A DNA stretch of 62,925 nt, filler included, from Coriobacteriales bacterium (lineage in GTDB: Bacteria; Actinomycetota; Coriobacteriia; Coriobacteriales; UBA8131): assembly GCA_031263105.1 (NCBI GenBank). It is 5 parts of 5 records of this genome, joined end to end, with 100 filler letters (N's around TTAATTAATTAA, not from the genome) between each part and the next. Parts side by side here need not be neighbours in the genome. Positions count along the whole stretch, not along the records: positions 42,559 to 48,667 come from JAISGJ010000041.1; positions 48,768 to 56,448 come from JAISGJ010000086.1; 3 more parts are not named here. One strand, written 5' to 3'. Position numbers and translations under genes: made by a program. Positions 47,060-55,467 of this stretch are shown one piece after another. The notes below the pieces were generated by a model, which saw nothing but the letters and a program-made list of their open reading frames with translations, ran no database searches and was not told the origin of the DNA. How positions within the stretch are numbered: position 1 is the stretch's first letter; every line of letters starts with the position of its first letter.

Positions 47060-47150
47060 CTGTCATTGCGAGCGAAGCGAAGTAATCCGACCTGAGATTC
47101 GCAGGCAACGACTGGATTGCCACGCCTGCTACGCAGGCTCGCAATGACAG
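47060..47150. repeat. Second-family palindromic element (GTCATTGCGAG type)
   Basis: CTGTCATTGCGAGC...GCTCGCAATGACAG TIR with inner GTAATCC/GGATTGC pairing. Confidence 0.8.
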
Positions 47151-47172
47151 GAGGGGGTTGCTCGACATCTCC

Positions 47173-48462
47173 CTAGTCAAGGCCGTTGAAGGCCGGGTAG
47201 GCGGACTCGCCGTGGGCGACCGTGTCGAGGCCCTCGTTCTCCTCGGAGGTATCGACGCGCAGCGAGCCTTTGAACACGAGCTTCAGGGCGAAGCCGACGA
47301 CGGCGACGGCGCAGGCGACGAACGCGATGCTGACCAGTATGCCGAGGATCTGGGCGAAGAACAGCGAGGGGTCGCCGCCGGAATAGAGGAGGCCGCCGAC
47401 CGGCTCGGGCATCGCGGCGCTCGTCCATTGCAGCTGCGGGACGCAGAACAGGCCCGTCAGGACGCCGCCCGTGACGCCGCCGACGGCGTGGCAGCCGAAG
47501 GCGTCGAGCGCGTCGTCGTAGCCTATCCTATGCTTGAGGTACGAGATGCTGAAGTAGCACACAGGCGAGACGACCAGGCCCATGACGACCGCCGCCCAGG
47601 GCTCGACGAAGCCGGCGGCAGGCGTGATGACGACCAGGCCGGCGACCAGGCCGGTGGCGGCGCCGACCAGCGTGGGCTTGCCCGTCCGTATGCGCTCGAT
47701 GACGCTCCAGGAGAGCAGCGCGGCGGCCGAGGCGGCGAGCGTGTTGAGCATGGCGAGCGCCGCGACGCCGTCGGCGGCGAAGGCCGAGCCCCCGTTGAAG
47801 CCGAACCAGCCGAACCACAGCAACGTGGCCCCGAGCACGACGAAGGGGACGTTGTGCGGGCGGTAGCTCATAAGGCCGTAGCCCTTGCGGCGGCCGAGGA
47901 TGAGGCAGAGCACGAGCCCGGCGACGCCGGAGCTGATGTGGACGACGTCGCCGCCCGCGAAGTCGATGGCCCCGATCATGTCCCCCACGAGGCTGCCCTC
48001 GCCTCCCCAGACCATATGGGCGAGCGGGGCGTAGATGAACGGCACCCAGATCACCACGAACGCGACGACCGCGCCGAACTTCATGCGCCCCGCGACCGAG
48101 CCCGTGACGATGGCCGTGGTTATCATGGCGAAGGCCGCCTGATAGGCGATGGCGCCGAGATCCGGCCAGCTGTTCTCCGTCCCCTCGGCCTCCGCGAGCA
48201 TGTCGCTGACGCCCCCGAGGAGCCCTATCTGGTCGAAGCCGCCGAAGAAGGGCAGAGCGCCGTCCCCGCCGTAGGCGAAGGACTGCCCGACGAGCACCCA
48301 GGCCACCCCGACTATCCCCAGGACGACCATCGACATGAACATCGTGTTCACGACGTTCTTGCGACGGGCGAGCCCTCCGTAGAAGAACGCCAGGCCCGGC
48401 GTCATCAGGAGCACCAGCATCACACAGACGAGCATGAACGCAGAGGTACCGGTATCCAGCAT
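47173..48462 (-). CDS. amtB: Ammonium transporter
   Basis: LMTPGLAFFYGG, DFAGG.VVH, WFGWFGFNGGS, DDALDAFGCH. Confidence 0.96.
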   Translation of the reverse strand: MLDTGTSAFMLVCVMLVLLMTPGLAFFYGGLARRKNVVNTMFMSMVVLGIVGVAWVLVGQSFAYGGDGALPFFGGFDQIGLLGGVSDMLAEAEGTENSWPDLGAIAYQAAFAMITTAIVTGSVAGRMKFGAVVAFVVIWVPFIYAPLAHMVWGGEGSLVGDMIGAIDFAGGDVVHISSGVAGLVLCLILGRRKGYGLMSYRPHNVPFVVLGATLLWFGWFGFNGGSAFAADGVAALAMLNTLAASAAALLSWSVIERIRTGKPTLVGAATGLVAGLVVITPAAGFVEPWAAVVMGLVVSPVCYFSISYLKHRIGYDDALDAFGCHAVGGVTGGVLTGLFCVPQLQWTSAAMPEPVGGLLYSGGDPSLFFAQILGILVSIAFVACAVAVVGFALKLVFKGSLRVDTSEENEGLDTVAHGESAYPAFNGLD

Positions 48463-48582
48463 ATGTCCTCATCTCCTCCGTCTCGCAGGCTGCGGACGCC
48501 TGCCCGCAGCAGCGGCCCCTCGTGGCCGCCTTTTCCCATGATGGGAGGAGGCAGGGCCCGCTTCAAGCGGATATGCCGAGAG

Positions 48583-48620
48583 TTAACACGGAGGTGCGAA
48601 CGAATTAACCGCGCCGAAAC
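48583..48620. promoter_or_regulatory. GlnR-box-like site upstream of amtB
   Basis: TTAAC-N6-GAAAC at 48605-48620 plus a TTAAC 22 bp upstream at 48583. Confidence 0.45.
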
Positions 48621-48667
48621 ATTGCCCGGCGGGTGACGGGTGACAAGGGGGCGGAGCAGGCGGCAGG

Positions 48668-48767
48668 NNNNNNNNNNNNNNNNNNNNNNNNNNNNNNNNN
48701 NNNNNNNNNNNTTAATTAATTAANNNNNNNNNNNNNNNNNNNNNNNNNNNNNNNNNNNNNNNNNNNN
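48668..48767. other. Artificial contig-joining linker
   Basis: N44-TTAATTAATTAA-N44. Confidence 0.97.
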
Positions 48768-49095
48768 AGCCTGCCGAGGGATCTTCGACCGCACGAGCGG
48801 TCGACTGCGGCCAGAAAGCGCCTCGGCCCACGGTCGGCTGCTTCGCGTTCCGTGGGCCTGTCGGCCCGTCCTCGCTGAAAACGCGGTGCGTTTTCCGGGC
48901 GCTCGGACCCTAGGATTCCACGGCACGCTCGGAATGACAGTGGGGGACGGACTGACAGTGGGGGACGGACTGACAGTGGGGGACGGACTGACAGTGGGGG
49001 CTCGGACTGACAGTGGGGGACGGACTGACAGTGGGGGCTCGGACTGACAGTGGGGACGGGAGGCCGGGGCGACAGTGGGGACTGACAGTGGGGAA
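48768..49095. repeat. Palindromic element (left end cut by contig edge) plus 18/19-bp tandem array
   Basis: Shares internal modules with 46162-46482; about 8 GACAGTGGGGG(A/CT)CGGACT units. Confidence 0.85.
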
Positions 49096-49124
49096 CCTGG
49101 GGTGACAGGGCGTGGACGGTAGCT

Positions 49125-49178
49125 GTCGGTATCGGCGGTATCGGCGGTATCTGCGGTATCTGCGGTATCGGCGGTATC
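49125..49178. repeat. 9-bp tandem repeat x6 just upstream of the peptide promoter
   Basis: [G/T]GCGGTATC units. Confidence 0.85.
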
Positions 49179-49253
49179 CGTGATTCTGCTCTCGCTAGGC
49201 GCACAAAGCTGGTATGATGGGGGCATGATGACAAGAGCAAGGAGGTGCTGAAG

Positions 49254-49319
49254 ATGTCGAAGCTCCCCTATAGTTCGCCGACGATCAGGGAACTGCCGCC
49301 TGTGCCGATGTCCGCCTGA
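49254..49319 (+). CDS. Putative RiPP precursor peptide MSKLPYSSPTIRELPPVPMSA (28 aa to 49340 if UGA is read as Sec)
   Basis: Extended -10 TGGTATGAT at 49210-18; AAGGAGGT RBS; YxxPxI RRE-binding leader motif; directly upstream of radical SAM and PqqD genes. Confidence 0.7.
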   Translation: MSKLPYSSPTIRELPPVPMSA

Positions 49320-49346
49320 GTGCGCGTTCGTCGTCGGTAGCCGTCC

Positions 49347-50294
49347 ATGCACTGCCAGAGGCCTCAGACAGCAGATGTCCGGGGGAACCCCGTCCGGGCA
49401 GGCATTGTGCCGCCCGGCAGCAGCCTGCCGCTGATGGATGCGCCTCGGCATATCAACTGGAACATCACGTACCGCTGCCCCCAGGACTGCGAGCACTGCT
49501 ACAGCCGTGCCCCCAGGGAGCAACCGGAACTCGACCTCGACGGCAAGCTGGCGGTCGCACGCAACATCGTCGCCAGCCGCGTGCCCTCCGTGAACCTCGG
49601 CGGCGGCGAGCCACGGGTCTCGCCCGACACCCTCCCGATAATCAGGTACCTCTCCGAGAGCGGCGTGCGCGTGAGCCTGAGCAGCAACGGCTTCGGCGTC
49701 ACGGCGGCCGAGGCGGATGCGCTCAAGGATGCGGGGCTGCACTCGGTCATCCTCTCCCTCGACTTCGCCAGCGCCGCCCGGCACGACGCCTTCAGGCGCC
49801 GTCCCGGCAGCTTCGACGCCTGCCTTGAGGCCGCCGCGCTCTTCGTCGAGCGGGGGGTGGCGCTCCTCGTCTCGACGGTGCTGACCTCCCAGAACCTCGA
49901 CGAACTCGACGGCATCGTCGAGGTGGCCGAGCGCATCGGCGCAAGCGGCGTCGAGCTCAAGCGCCTGCGCCTCGCCGGCAACGCGCGGGGCAGGGCCGAC
50001 CTCGCGTTGAGCCGCGAGCAGGAGCGCACGCTGTACGACGTGTTCGCAGGGCTGCGCGAGAGTGCGGCGATACCTCTCACGCTGGTGTACGGAGCCGAGC
50101 CCAGGGCCGGAACGGAGGACGGCTGCCCCTGCGGCCGCACGGCGCTCGCCCTGCTCGACAACGGGGACATGGCCCCCTGCGTCTACAGCCCCACGGTCAT
50201 CGGCAACGCCCTGACCGAGAACATCGACGACGTATGGCGCGACTCGCCGCATCTGGAGGCGCTGCGCGAGAACTTCCACTGTCAGGGAACGTGA
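49347..50294 (+). CDS. Radical SAM enzyme (MftC/PqqE-like) with a short SPASM/Twitch domain
   Basis: DAPRHINWNITYRCPQDCEHCYS (CX3CX2C), NLGGGEP, SSNG, SLD....HDAFR..GSF, CPCG..GDMAPC..IGN..VW; start could be 49407 or 49434. Confidence 0.9.
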   Translation: MHCQRPQTADVRGNPVRAGIVPPGSSLPLMDAPRHINWNITYRCPQDCEHCYSRAPREQPELDLDGKLAVARNIVASRVPSVNLGGGEPRVSPDTLPIIRYLSESGVRVSLSSNGFGVTAAEADALKDAGLHSVILSLDFASAARHDAFRRRPGSFDACLEAAALFVERGVALLVSTVLTSQNLDELDGIVEVAERIGASGVELKRLRLAGNARGRADLALSREQERTLYDVFAGLRESAAIPLTLVYGAEPRAGTEDGCPCGRTALALLDNGDMAPCVYSPTVIGNALTENIDDVWRDSPHLEALRENFHCQGT

Positions 50295-50352
50295 GGGGGC
50301 ACTGGGGACCCTAGGGGACGCTCAGTGCTTCCGCGAAGGAACGGAGGCGAGA

Positions 50353-50769
50353 ATGGCTGGATACCGGCTCGCAGACGGCGTGATGATGCAGCGCAACGCC
50401 CGTGTGCCCAAGGGCGGCAGCGTCCGCGACATGGTCGAGGCGGCATTGGCGGGCGACGGCCCGGACGGCACGCCGGATGCCTCGGGCACCGCGCCCGACA
50501 CCACCCCGGGCACCGCCGTCGCCGCCGCCGCGCCCGCCCCCTTGGATCCGGACGCCGTCTACGTGGCGCTCTCCTCGGGCGGCAGGCATCACGTCCTCAA
50601 CCTCTCGGCCGCCTTTATCCTAGAGGCCCTGCTTGCAGGCGAGGCGCCGGCGGCGATCGAGGGACAGCTCACCCGGGCCTTCGACGTCAGCGGCGAACAG
50701 GCGGCGCTCGACATCAAGGCCACGGTTCGCTCCCTTGTCGCCGACGGCTTCATAGTGCTGCGGGACTGA
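50353..50769 (+). CDS. PqqD family peptide chaperone (RiPP recognition element) with a Pro/Ala/Thr insertion
   Basis: LNLSAAFILEAL..I..QL...FDVS.EQA..DI...V..L...GFI pattern; GGAGG RBS. Confidence 0.8.
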   Translation: MAGYRLADGVMMQRNARVPKGGSVRDMVEAALAGDGPDGTPDASGTAPDTTPGTAVAAAAPAPLDPDAVYVALSSGGRHHVLNLSAAFILEALLAGEAPAAIEGQLTRAFDVSGEQAALDIKATVRSLVADGFIVLRD

Positions 50770-50927
50770 GGGCAGGAACCGACGGGCAGAGACGGCGGAG
50801 CAGGAGCGACCGCCAGCGCCGACGAGCGTGAACGGCCCGTAGGATTCCCCAAAGAACAGGCGGGAATCTTGGCAGTATTGGCAAACTACGAGAACCGCAT
50901 GTCTGACATACTGAACTATGGGTTCAG

Positions 50928-51066
50928 CCTCCCACTGTCATTCCGAGCCTGCCGAGGAATCTTCGACCGCGCCAGCGGTCGACCGCAGGTCGAAGGATCT
51001 TTCAACCTACCGTTGGTCGCTTCGCGACCAAGGATTCCTCGGCAGGCTCGGAATGACAGTGGGAGG
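50928..51066. repeat. Palindromic REP/MITE-like element
   Basis: 34-bp perfect TIR CCTCCCACTGTCATTCCGAGCCTGCCGAGGAATC. Confidence 0.9.
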
Positions 51067-51142
51067 TGGGCTGTGGGGCGTGCGGCATCCTCGACAGCCG
51101 CCACAACCGAATCGACGGCCGGAGCGGACTGGGAGGTCTGAC

Positions 51143-51901
51143 ATGAAAAGGCTCGAAGGCAAGACGGCGCTGGTCACAGGCGCAGGCAGCGGCATCGGCA
51201 GGGCGACGGCCATCCGTTTTGCGAAGGAGGGGGCCAAGGTCGTCCTTGCGACCCGCACGGCCTCGCATGGCGAGGAGACCCTGGGCGAGATCGAGGCAGC
51301 AGGCGGCACGGCGCTGTTCGTGCAGGCCGACGGCCGCAGGAAGGACGAGGTCCTTGCACTCGTCAAGGAGGCCCGCTCGGAACTGGGCTCGCTCGACATC
51401 CTCGTGAACGCGGCAGGCGTCCTGGTGCACAAGCCCTTCCTCGAGCACACCGACGAGGACTTCGCGCTCGTCAGCGAGACGAACTTCCTGGCGTATGTCT
51501 GGGCGATGCAGACGGCGATACCGATCATGAGGGAGCAGGGCGGCGGGTCGATCGTCAACGTGGCCTCGATATCGACCGCCCGCCCGGAGCTCAACGCCTA
51601 TTACTACGGCGCCTTCAAAGCAGCCATCGCCAACCTCTCCGTCAACGTCGCCAAGGAGTTCGCTGCGGAGAGGATCCGCGTGAACGTCGTCTGCCCGGGG
51701 CCCGTCGCCACGGCCATGACGCCCCCGCAGCTGCAGGACCCGGAGGTCCTCAAGGCCTTCGTCGAGTACTGGAACCCCATCGGCCGCATCGGCGAGCCCG
51801 ACGACGTCGCCAACGTCATCCTGCTTCTGGCATCGGACGAGGCCGCCTGGATCACCGGCTCGTCCTACACGGTGGACGGCGGCGCCTGCCTCGCCGGATA
51901 G
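51143..51901 (+). CDS. SDR family NAD(P)-dependent oxidoreductase
   Basis: TGAGSGIG, VNAAG, YGAFK (YxxxK), IRVNVVCPG, ITG...VDGG. Confidence 0.93.
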   Translation: MKRLEGKTALVTGAGSGIGRATAIRFAKEGAKVVLATRTASHGEETLGEIEAAGGTALFVQADGRRKDEVLALVKEARSELGSLDILVNAAGVLVHKPFLEHTDEDFALVSETNFLAYVWAMQTAIPIMREQGGGSIVNVASISTARPELNAYYYGAFKAAIANLSVNVAKEFAAERIRVNVVCPGPVATAMTPPQLQDPEVLKAFVEYWNPIGRIGEPDDVANVILLLASDEAAWITGSSYTVDGGACLAG

Positions 51902-51914
51902 GCGGCCGCCTCCG

Positions 51915-52205
51915 ATGCCGTGCTACCAGTGCTCCCATTGCGGCAAATGCGGGATGTTCTCCTATTCCATGGAGCTCGCCTGCGGAACCTGTGGGACCCC
52001 CCTTGCCCCAGGCCTGTCCCACTGCGAGGCCTGCGGGGCCTCGGCGCGCGATGCCAGGCACAGCGCGACGCTGAAGCTCAGGGACACCGAGTTCGTCATC
52101 AACCCGACCATACGGGCCCTGGCGGACGAAGGGGCGCCCGGCGACGAAGAGGCGCCCTCAGCTGGTGCGGCGGGCGGCCTTCAGGTGCGGAACCAGCAGG
52201 CATGA
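51915..52205 (+). CDS. Small Cys-rich zinc-ribbon / Fe-S protein
   Basis: CYQCSHCGKC, CGTC, CEAC. Confidence 0.65.
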   Translation: MPCYQCSHCGKCGMFSYSMELACGTCGTPLAPGLSHCEACGASARDARHSATLKLRDTEFVINPTIRALADEGAPGDEEAPSAGAAGGLQVRNQQA

Positions 52206-53726
52206 GAGCAGCAGCATCAGGTGCGTGTTCACGTCGGTGGACGTGAGGTCGTCCCCCAGCAGCTCGGAGAGGCGCTCCAGACGATAGATGACGGTGTTGC
52301 GATGCAGGCCCATGGCCCGCGCCGTGGCGTTGGCGTTCTTGCCATGGATCAGATAGCTGTGCAGCGTCTCGACCAGCGCACGCCCCTTGTCGCCCTCGCG
52401 CAGCCATTGGCGCAGGACCTTGGGATGGCAGAGGCTGGAGACGTTCACGGTCGATTCCAGGGCGCCGACCAGATAGGGCACGTAGTGCTCCTGGAAGCAC
52501 AGCACGCGCTCCTTCGCATTGCCCTCGCCGAACTCCAGCGCCGCCTTTGCCTGCAGGTATGCCTCCCGTATCTGTAGGAAGCCCGTATGGACCATGCTGA
52601 TGCCGCAGTACAGGTCGAGGCTCTCGCACAGGCGCTCCAGCTCGCAGAACTCCTTGGAGTGTATCGGGCTCTCCTCGTCGCGCAGCACGGCGAGCACCCC
52701 TTGCTCGTAGGGGAAGGCAAGGGCCGACGGGAAGAGGCTCTGCACCCGCATGGTCTGCACGCTGTGCAGGCTGTCGTCGACCGAGAAGGTGTCCTTTGCC
52801 CTGAGGTAGACCGCCTGGTACGAATCGGCGATCTTCCAGTTCCGCAGCTCGAGCGAGTAGGTCAGGGCGCCTCGCTCCACGAGGTAGCCCTGCAGGATGC
52901 GGTCGGCGTAGTAGCCGACGTGGTCGGCCAGGTGCTGCTTGCCGATCTCGGAAAGCAGGACATGCTTCATCAGGCCCTGCAGCAACTTGACCAGGGAGAT
53001 CTGCCCCAAGGTGATGGGCGAGGCGAGGTCCGACATCCCGAGCATCGCAAAGGGCTTGCCCTCGTGGTGCAAGGGTGCGATAAGGTGCCGGGCGTCACGG
53101 TACTGGGAGACCTTCTCCAGGAAGAACGGCTCCTCCGTGCCCCAGAGCTCCTGGGTGAACAGGTGGCGCTGCTGCTTGGACAGGTTCTCCAGACGCGCGT
53201 ATCCGTGATGCAGGAGGTCCCCCCAGATGGATCCGGAGACGTCGTCGGGCAGGTCCCCCGCCCGCATGACGACGGTCTGCGAGGTGTCGACAAGGGCTAT
53301 CGCATTGTTCAGCACGGATGCCGCCTTGTCGAAGACCACCTGCAGGCTCCCTTGGCCGACGGTGGTCTTGAGCACGTCCTCCTGCCATGCGGCATAGGTC
53401 TCGAAGACGGACTGCATGCACATGAACAGTTCGACGGGGTCGTGCCCGGACGCCACACGGATGACCTTCCAATGCGGCGGCGGCGCCGTCCCTCTCGCCC
53501 CCTCACTGTCCTTGGGGCCCACCAGGACCATCGACTGCCCCTGGCCGAGGTCGGGCACCGCAGCCAGGTCCTTGTCCAACACAAGATAGATAAAGGCGGG
53601 GTCGAACGAGAAACCGGGGCGGTACAGGCGCGCACCGCGCACGTCGAGGTCCGTCGAGGCGGGCGCCGTTATCTCGGGGGAATACTCGGCAAGCTCGTCA
53701 AAAACGATGTGCGCGTTGAGTTTCAT
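52158..53726 (-). CDS. PucR/CdaR family transcriptional regulator
   Basis: C-terminal HTH TARAMGLHRNTVIYRLERL; CGIS..AYLQA region. Confidence 0.88.
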   Translation of the reverse strand: MKLNAHIVFDELAEYSPEITAPASTDLDVRGARLYRPGFSFDPAFIYLVLDKDLAAVPDLGQGQSMVLVGPKDSEGARGTAPPPHWKVIRVASGHDPVELFMCMQSVFETYAAWQEDVLKTTVGQGSLQVVFDKAASVLNNAIALVDTSQTVVMRAGDLPDDVSGSIWGDLLHHGYARLENLSKQQRHLFTQELWGTEEPFFLEKVSQYRDARHLIAPLHHEGKPFAMLGMSDLASPITLGQISLVKLLQGLMKHVLLSEIGKQHLADHVGYYADRILQGYLVERGALTYSLELRNWKIADSYQAVYLRAKDTFSVDDSLHSVQTMRVQSLFPSALAFPYEQGVLAVLRDEESPIHSKEFCELERLCESLDLYCGISMVHTGFLQIREAYLQAKAALEFGEGNAKERVLCFQEHYVPYLVGALESTVNVSSLCHPKVLRQWLREGDKGRALVETLHSYLIHGKNANATARAMGLHRNTVIYRLERLSELLGDDLTSTDVNTHLMLLLSCLLVPHLKAARRTS

Positions 53727-53825
53727 CGGCCTATCCCCTCGACGACGCAGCACTTCCTTCGGTCAAAACTGCACAAAGCACTATAGCAAACTTCACTTTG
53801 TCGCACCATAGGCAAAGAGGCCCCG

Positions 53826-53897
53826 ACGGCCATACAATCACAAGTATCGGGACAAACTGCATAAACCTGCAACATAGGGAGATGATTGTATGGCCGT
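53826..53897. promoter_or_regulatory. 15-bp perfect inverted repeat in a divergent promoter region
   Basis: ACGGCCATACAATCA (53826-40) / TGATTGTATGGCCGT (53883-97); each arm contains TACAAT. Confidence 0.55.
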
Positions 53898-54094
53898 GGA
53901 CGCACGATGAGCCCGGTCGACCGCGAGGGGAAGTGCCGATTCGTTGCTTGTGCGCCACGTGGCATGCACTGAACGGGTCGATGCCTCCCAAGGGGAAGCG
54001 GTCGGCCGGGCTCGCCTGTTTGTTCGGTTGTTGGTTGTGGTTGTTGGTTGTTCTTTGACCGGTCACGTTCAAGGCACCAAGGAGAGGAGTCCCC

Positions 54095-55318
54095 ATGTTC
54101 AAGACAAAGAACAAGTTCATCATCAAGCTGGCGATCCTGTGTCTCGCCCTGCAGGACGTCGGCGCAGGTGCGGCCACGCCTGCCTTGGGCGCCATCCAGG
54201 CCGCGTTCCCGGAGGTCGATCCGACGCTGATCCAGATGATCTCCACCATGCCCTCGCTCACCGTCGTCATCTTCGGCCTGCTGTATGCGCCGATGTCCAA
54301 GGTGATGCCCAAGCGTGCCATCATGTACATCGCCGCCGTCACCTTCATCATCGGCGGCGTCGCACCGGCCTTCCTGAACGACATCTACCCCATCCTGTTC
54401 TTCCGGGCCCTGGTCGGCGTCGGCGTCGGCCTGCTCTACCCCATGGCGAACGACCTTGCAGTCGACTTCTTCGAGGGCGGCGAGAGGGCCAAGACGATCG
54501 GCCAGGCCTTCGGCATCGGCATGATCGGCGGCGCCTTCTTCCAGCTGATCGGCGGCACGCTCTCCGACATCGACTGGCATTACACCTTCTTCGCCTATTT
54601 CGTCTCCGTCCTGTTCTTCGCGTTCCCGGTGTTCTTCCTGCCTGAGCCCAAGAAGAAGGAAGAAGTCGTCAGGGGCACCGCGCAGGAGAAGGCCAAGATG
54701 CCCGTCACGCAGTTCGTCAGCTGCATCATCAACGCCGTCTGCTGCTGCCTGTTCATCACCTTGATCACCAACGCCGCCATGGTCATCGCCATGGAGGGCT
54801 TCGGGTCGGGCGCTGAGATCGGCCTGGCGTTCTCGATCATGACGCTGGCTGCGTTCGTTGCGGGCTTTGCCTACGGCCCCTCGCAGAAGATCCTCAGGAA
54901 GGGCAGCATGCTCCCAGCCCCCATACTGCTGGCGCTGGGCCTGTTCGTGATGTCCACGGCCCATAGCATGGGGATCGTCTTCACTGCCATGATCCTCTTC
55001 GGCCTCGGCATGGGCTACACCGGCTCCAAGTTCTTCGCCAAGTCCACCGAGATCGTCCCGTTTGCCGTCTCTGCCCTGGCGCTGTCCATGATGACGGCCT
55101 TCAACGGCTTCGGCCAGCTGGTGTCCGCCCCGGTCATGAACTGGCTCGTGACCGTGACCGGAATCGGCATGGGCCGTCCGGCGTTGCAGTTCGCAGCCAT
55201 CGCCATGATAGGGCTCGGCGTGATAATGGTCGTCTTCGACGTCATGACCCCGAAGATCCCCGAAAGCGAGAAGCCCGAGGGCACCGAGGGCGCCATGGAC
55301 GCCGTGCAGAACTCCTAG
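54095..55318 (+). CDS. MFS transporter
   Basis: About 12 TM segments; FRALVGVGVG, IDWHYTF..FFLPEP; GAGGAG RBS. Confidence 0.9.
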   Translation: MFKTKNKFIIKLAILCLALQDVGAGAATPALGAIQAAFPEVDPTLIQMISTMPSLTVVIFGLLYAPMSKVMPKRAIMYIAAVTFIIGGVAPAFLNDIYPILFFRALVGVGVGLLYPMANDLAVDFFEGGERAKTIGQAFGIGMIGGAFFQLIGGTLSDIDWHYTFFAYFVSVLFFAFPVFFLPEPKKKEEVVRGTAQEKAKMPVTQFVSCIINAVCCCLFITLITNAAMVIAMEGFGSGAEIGLAFSIMTLAAFVAGFAYGPSQKILRKGSMLPAPILLALGLFVMSTAHSMGIVFTAMILFGLGMGYTGSKFFAKSTEIVPFAVSALALSMMTAFNGFGQLVSAPVMNWLVTVTGIGMGRPALQFAAIAMIGLGVIMVVFDVMTPKIPESEKPEGTEGAMDAVQNS

Positions 55319-55467
55319 ACAAGTGCCGATCCGTCGTGTGGGCGCCCGCGACCGCTTTCCGGGCGGCCCCGTCACGACATCGGCCTGCACAAGAAGGACG
55401 GGGGCCAAGGATTCTCCGAAGCCCCCCGTCCGAACCATAAGAACGCCACGAGAGGAGCATCGGGCTT

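Noticed and set aside
50292..50332. Selenocysteine read-through of the radical SAM stop codon (TGA followed by a hairpin)
   Set aside because: Read-through would add ~179 Arg/Gly-rich residues overlapping pqqD out of frame and would not restore a SPASM Cys pattern; more likely an intergenic stem-loop
49254..50769. Mycofactocin, PQQ or lasso peptide cluster
   Set aside because: The peptide lacks the MftA and PqqA cores; no mftD/E/F, pqqB/C, lasso cyclase or B2 protease genes are nearby
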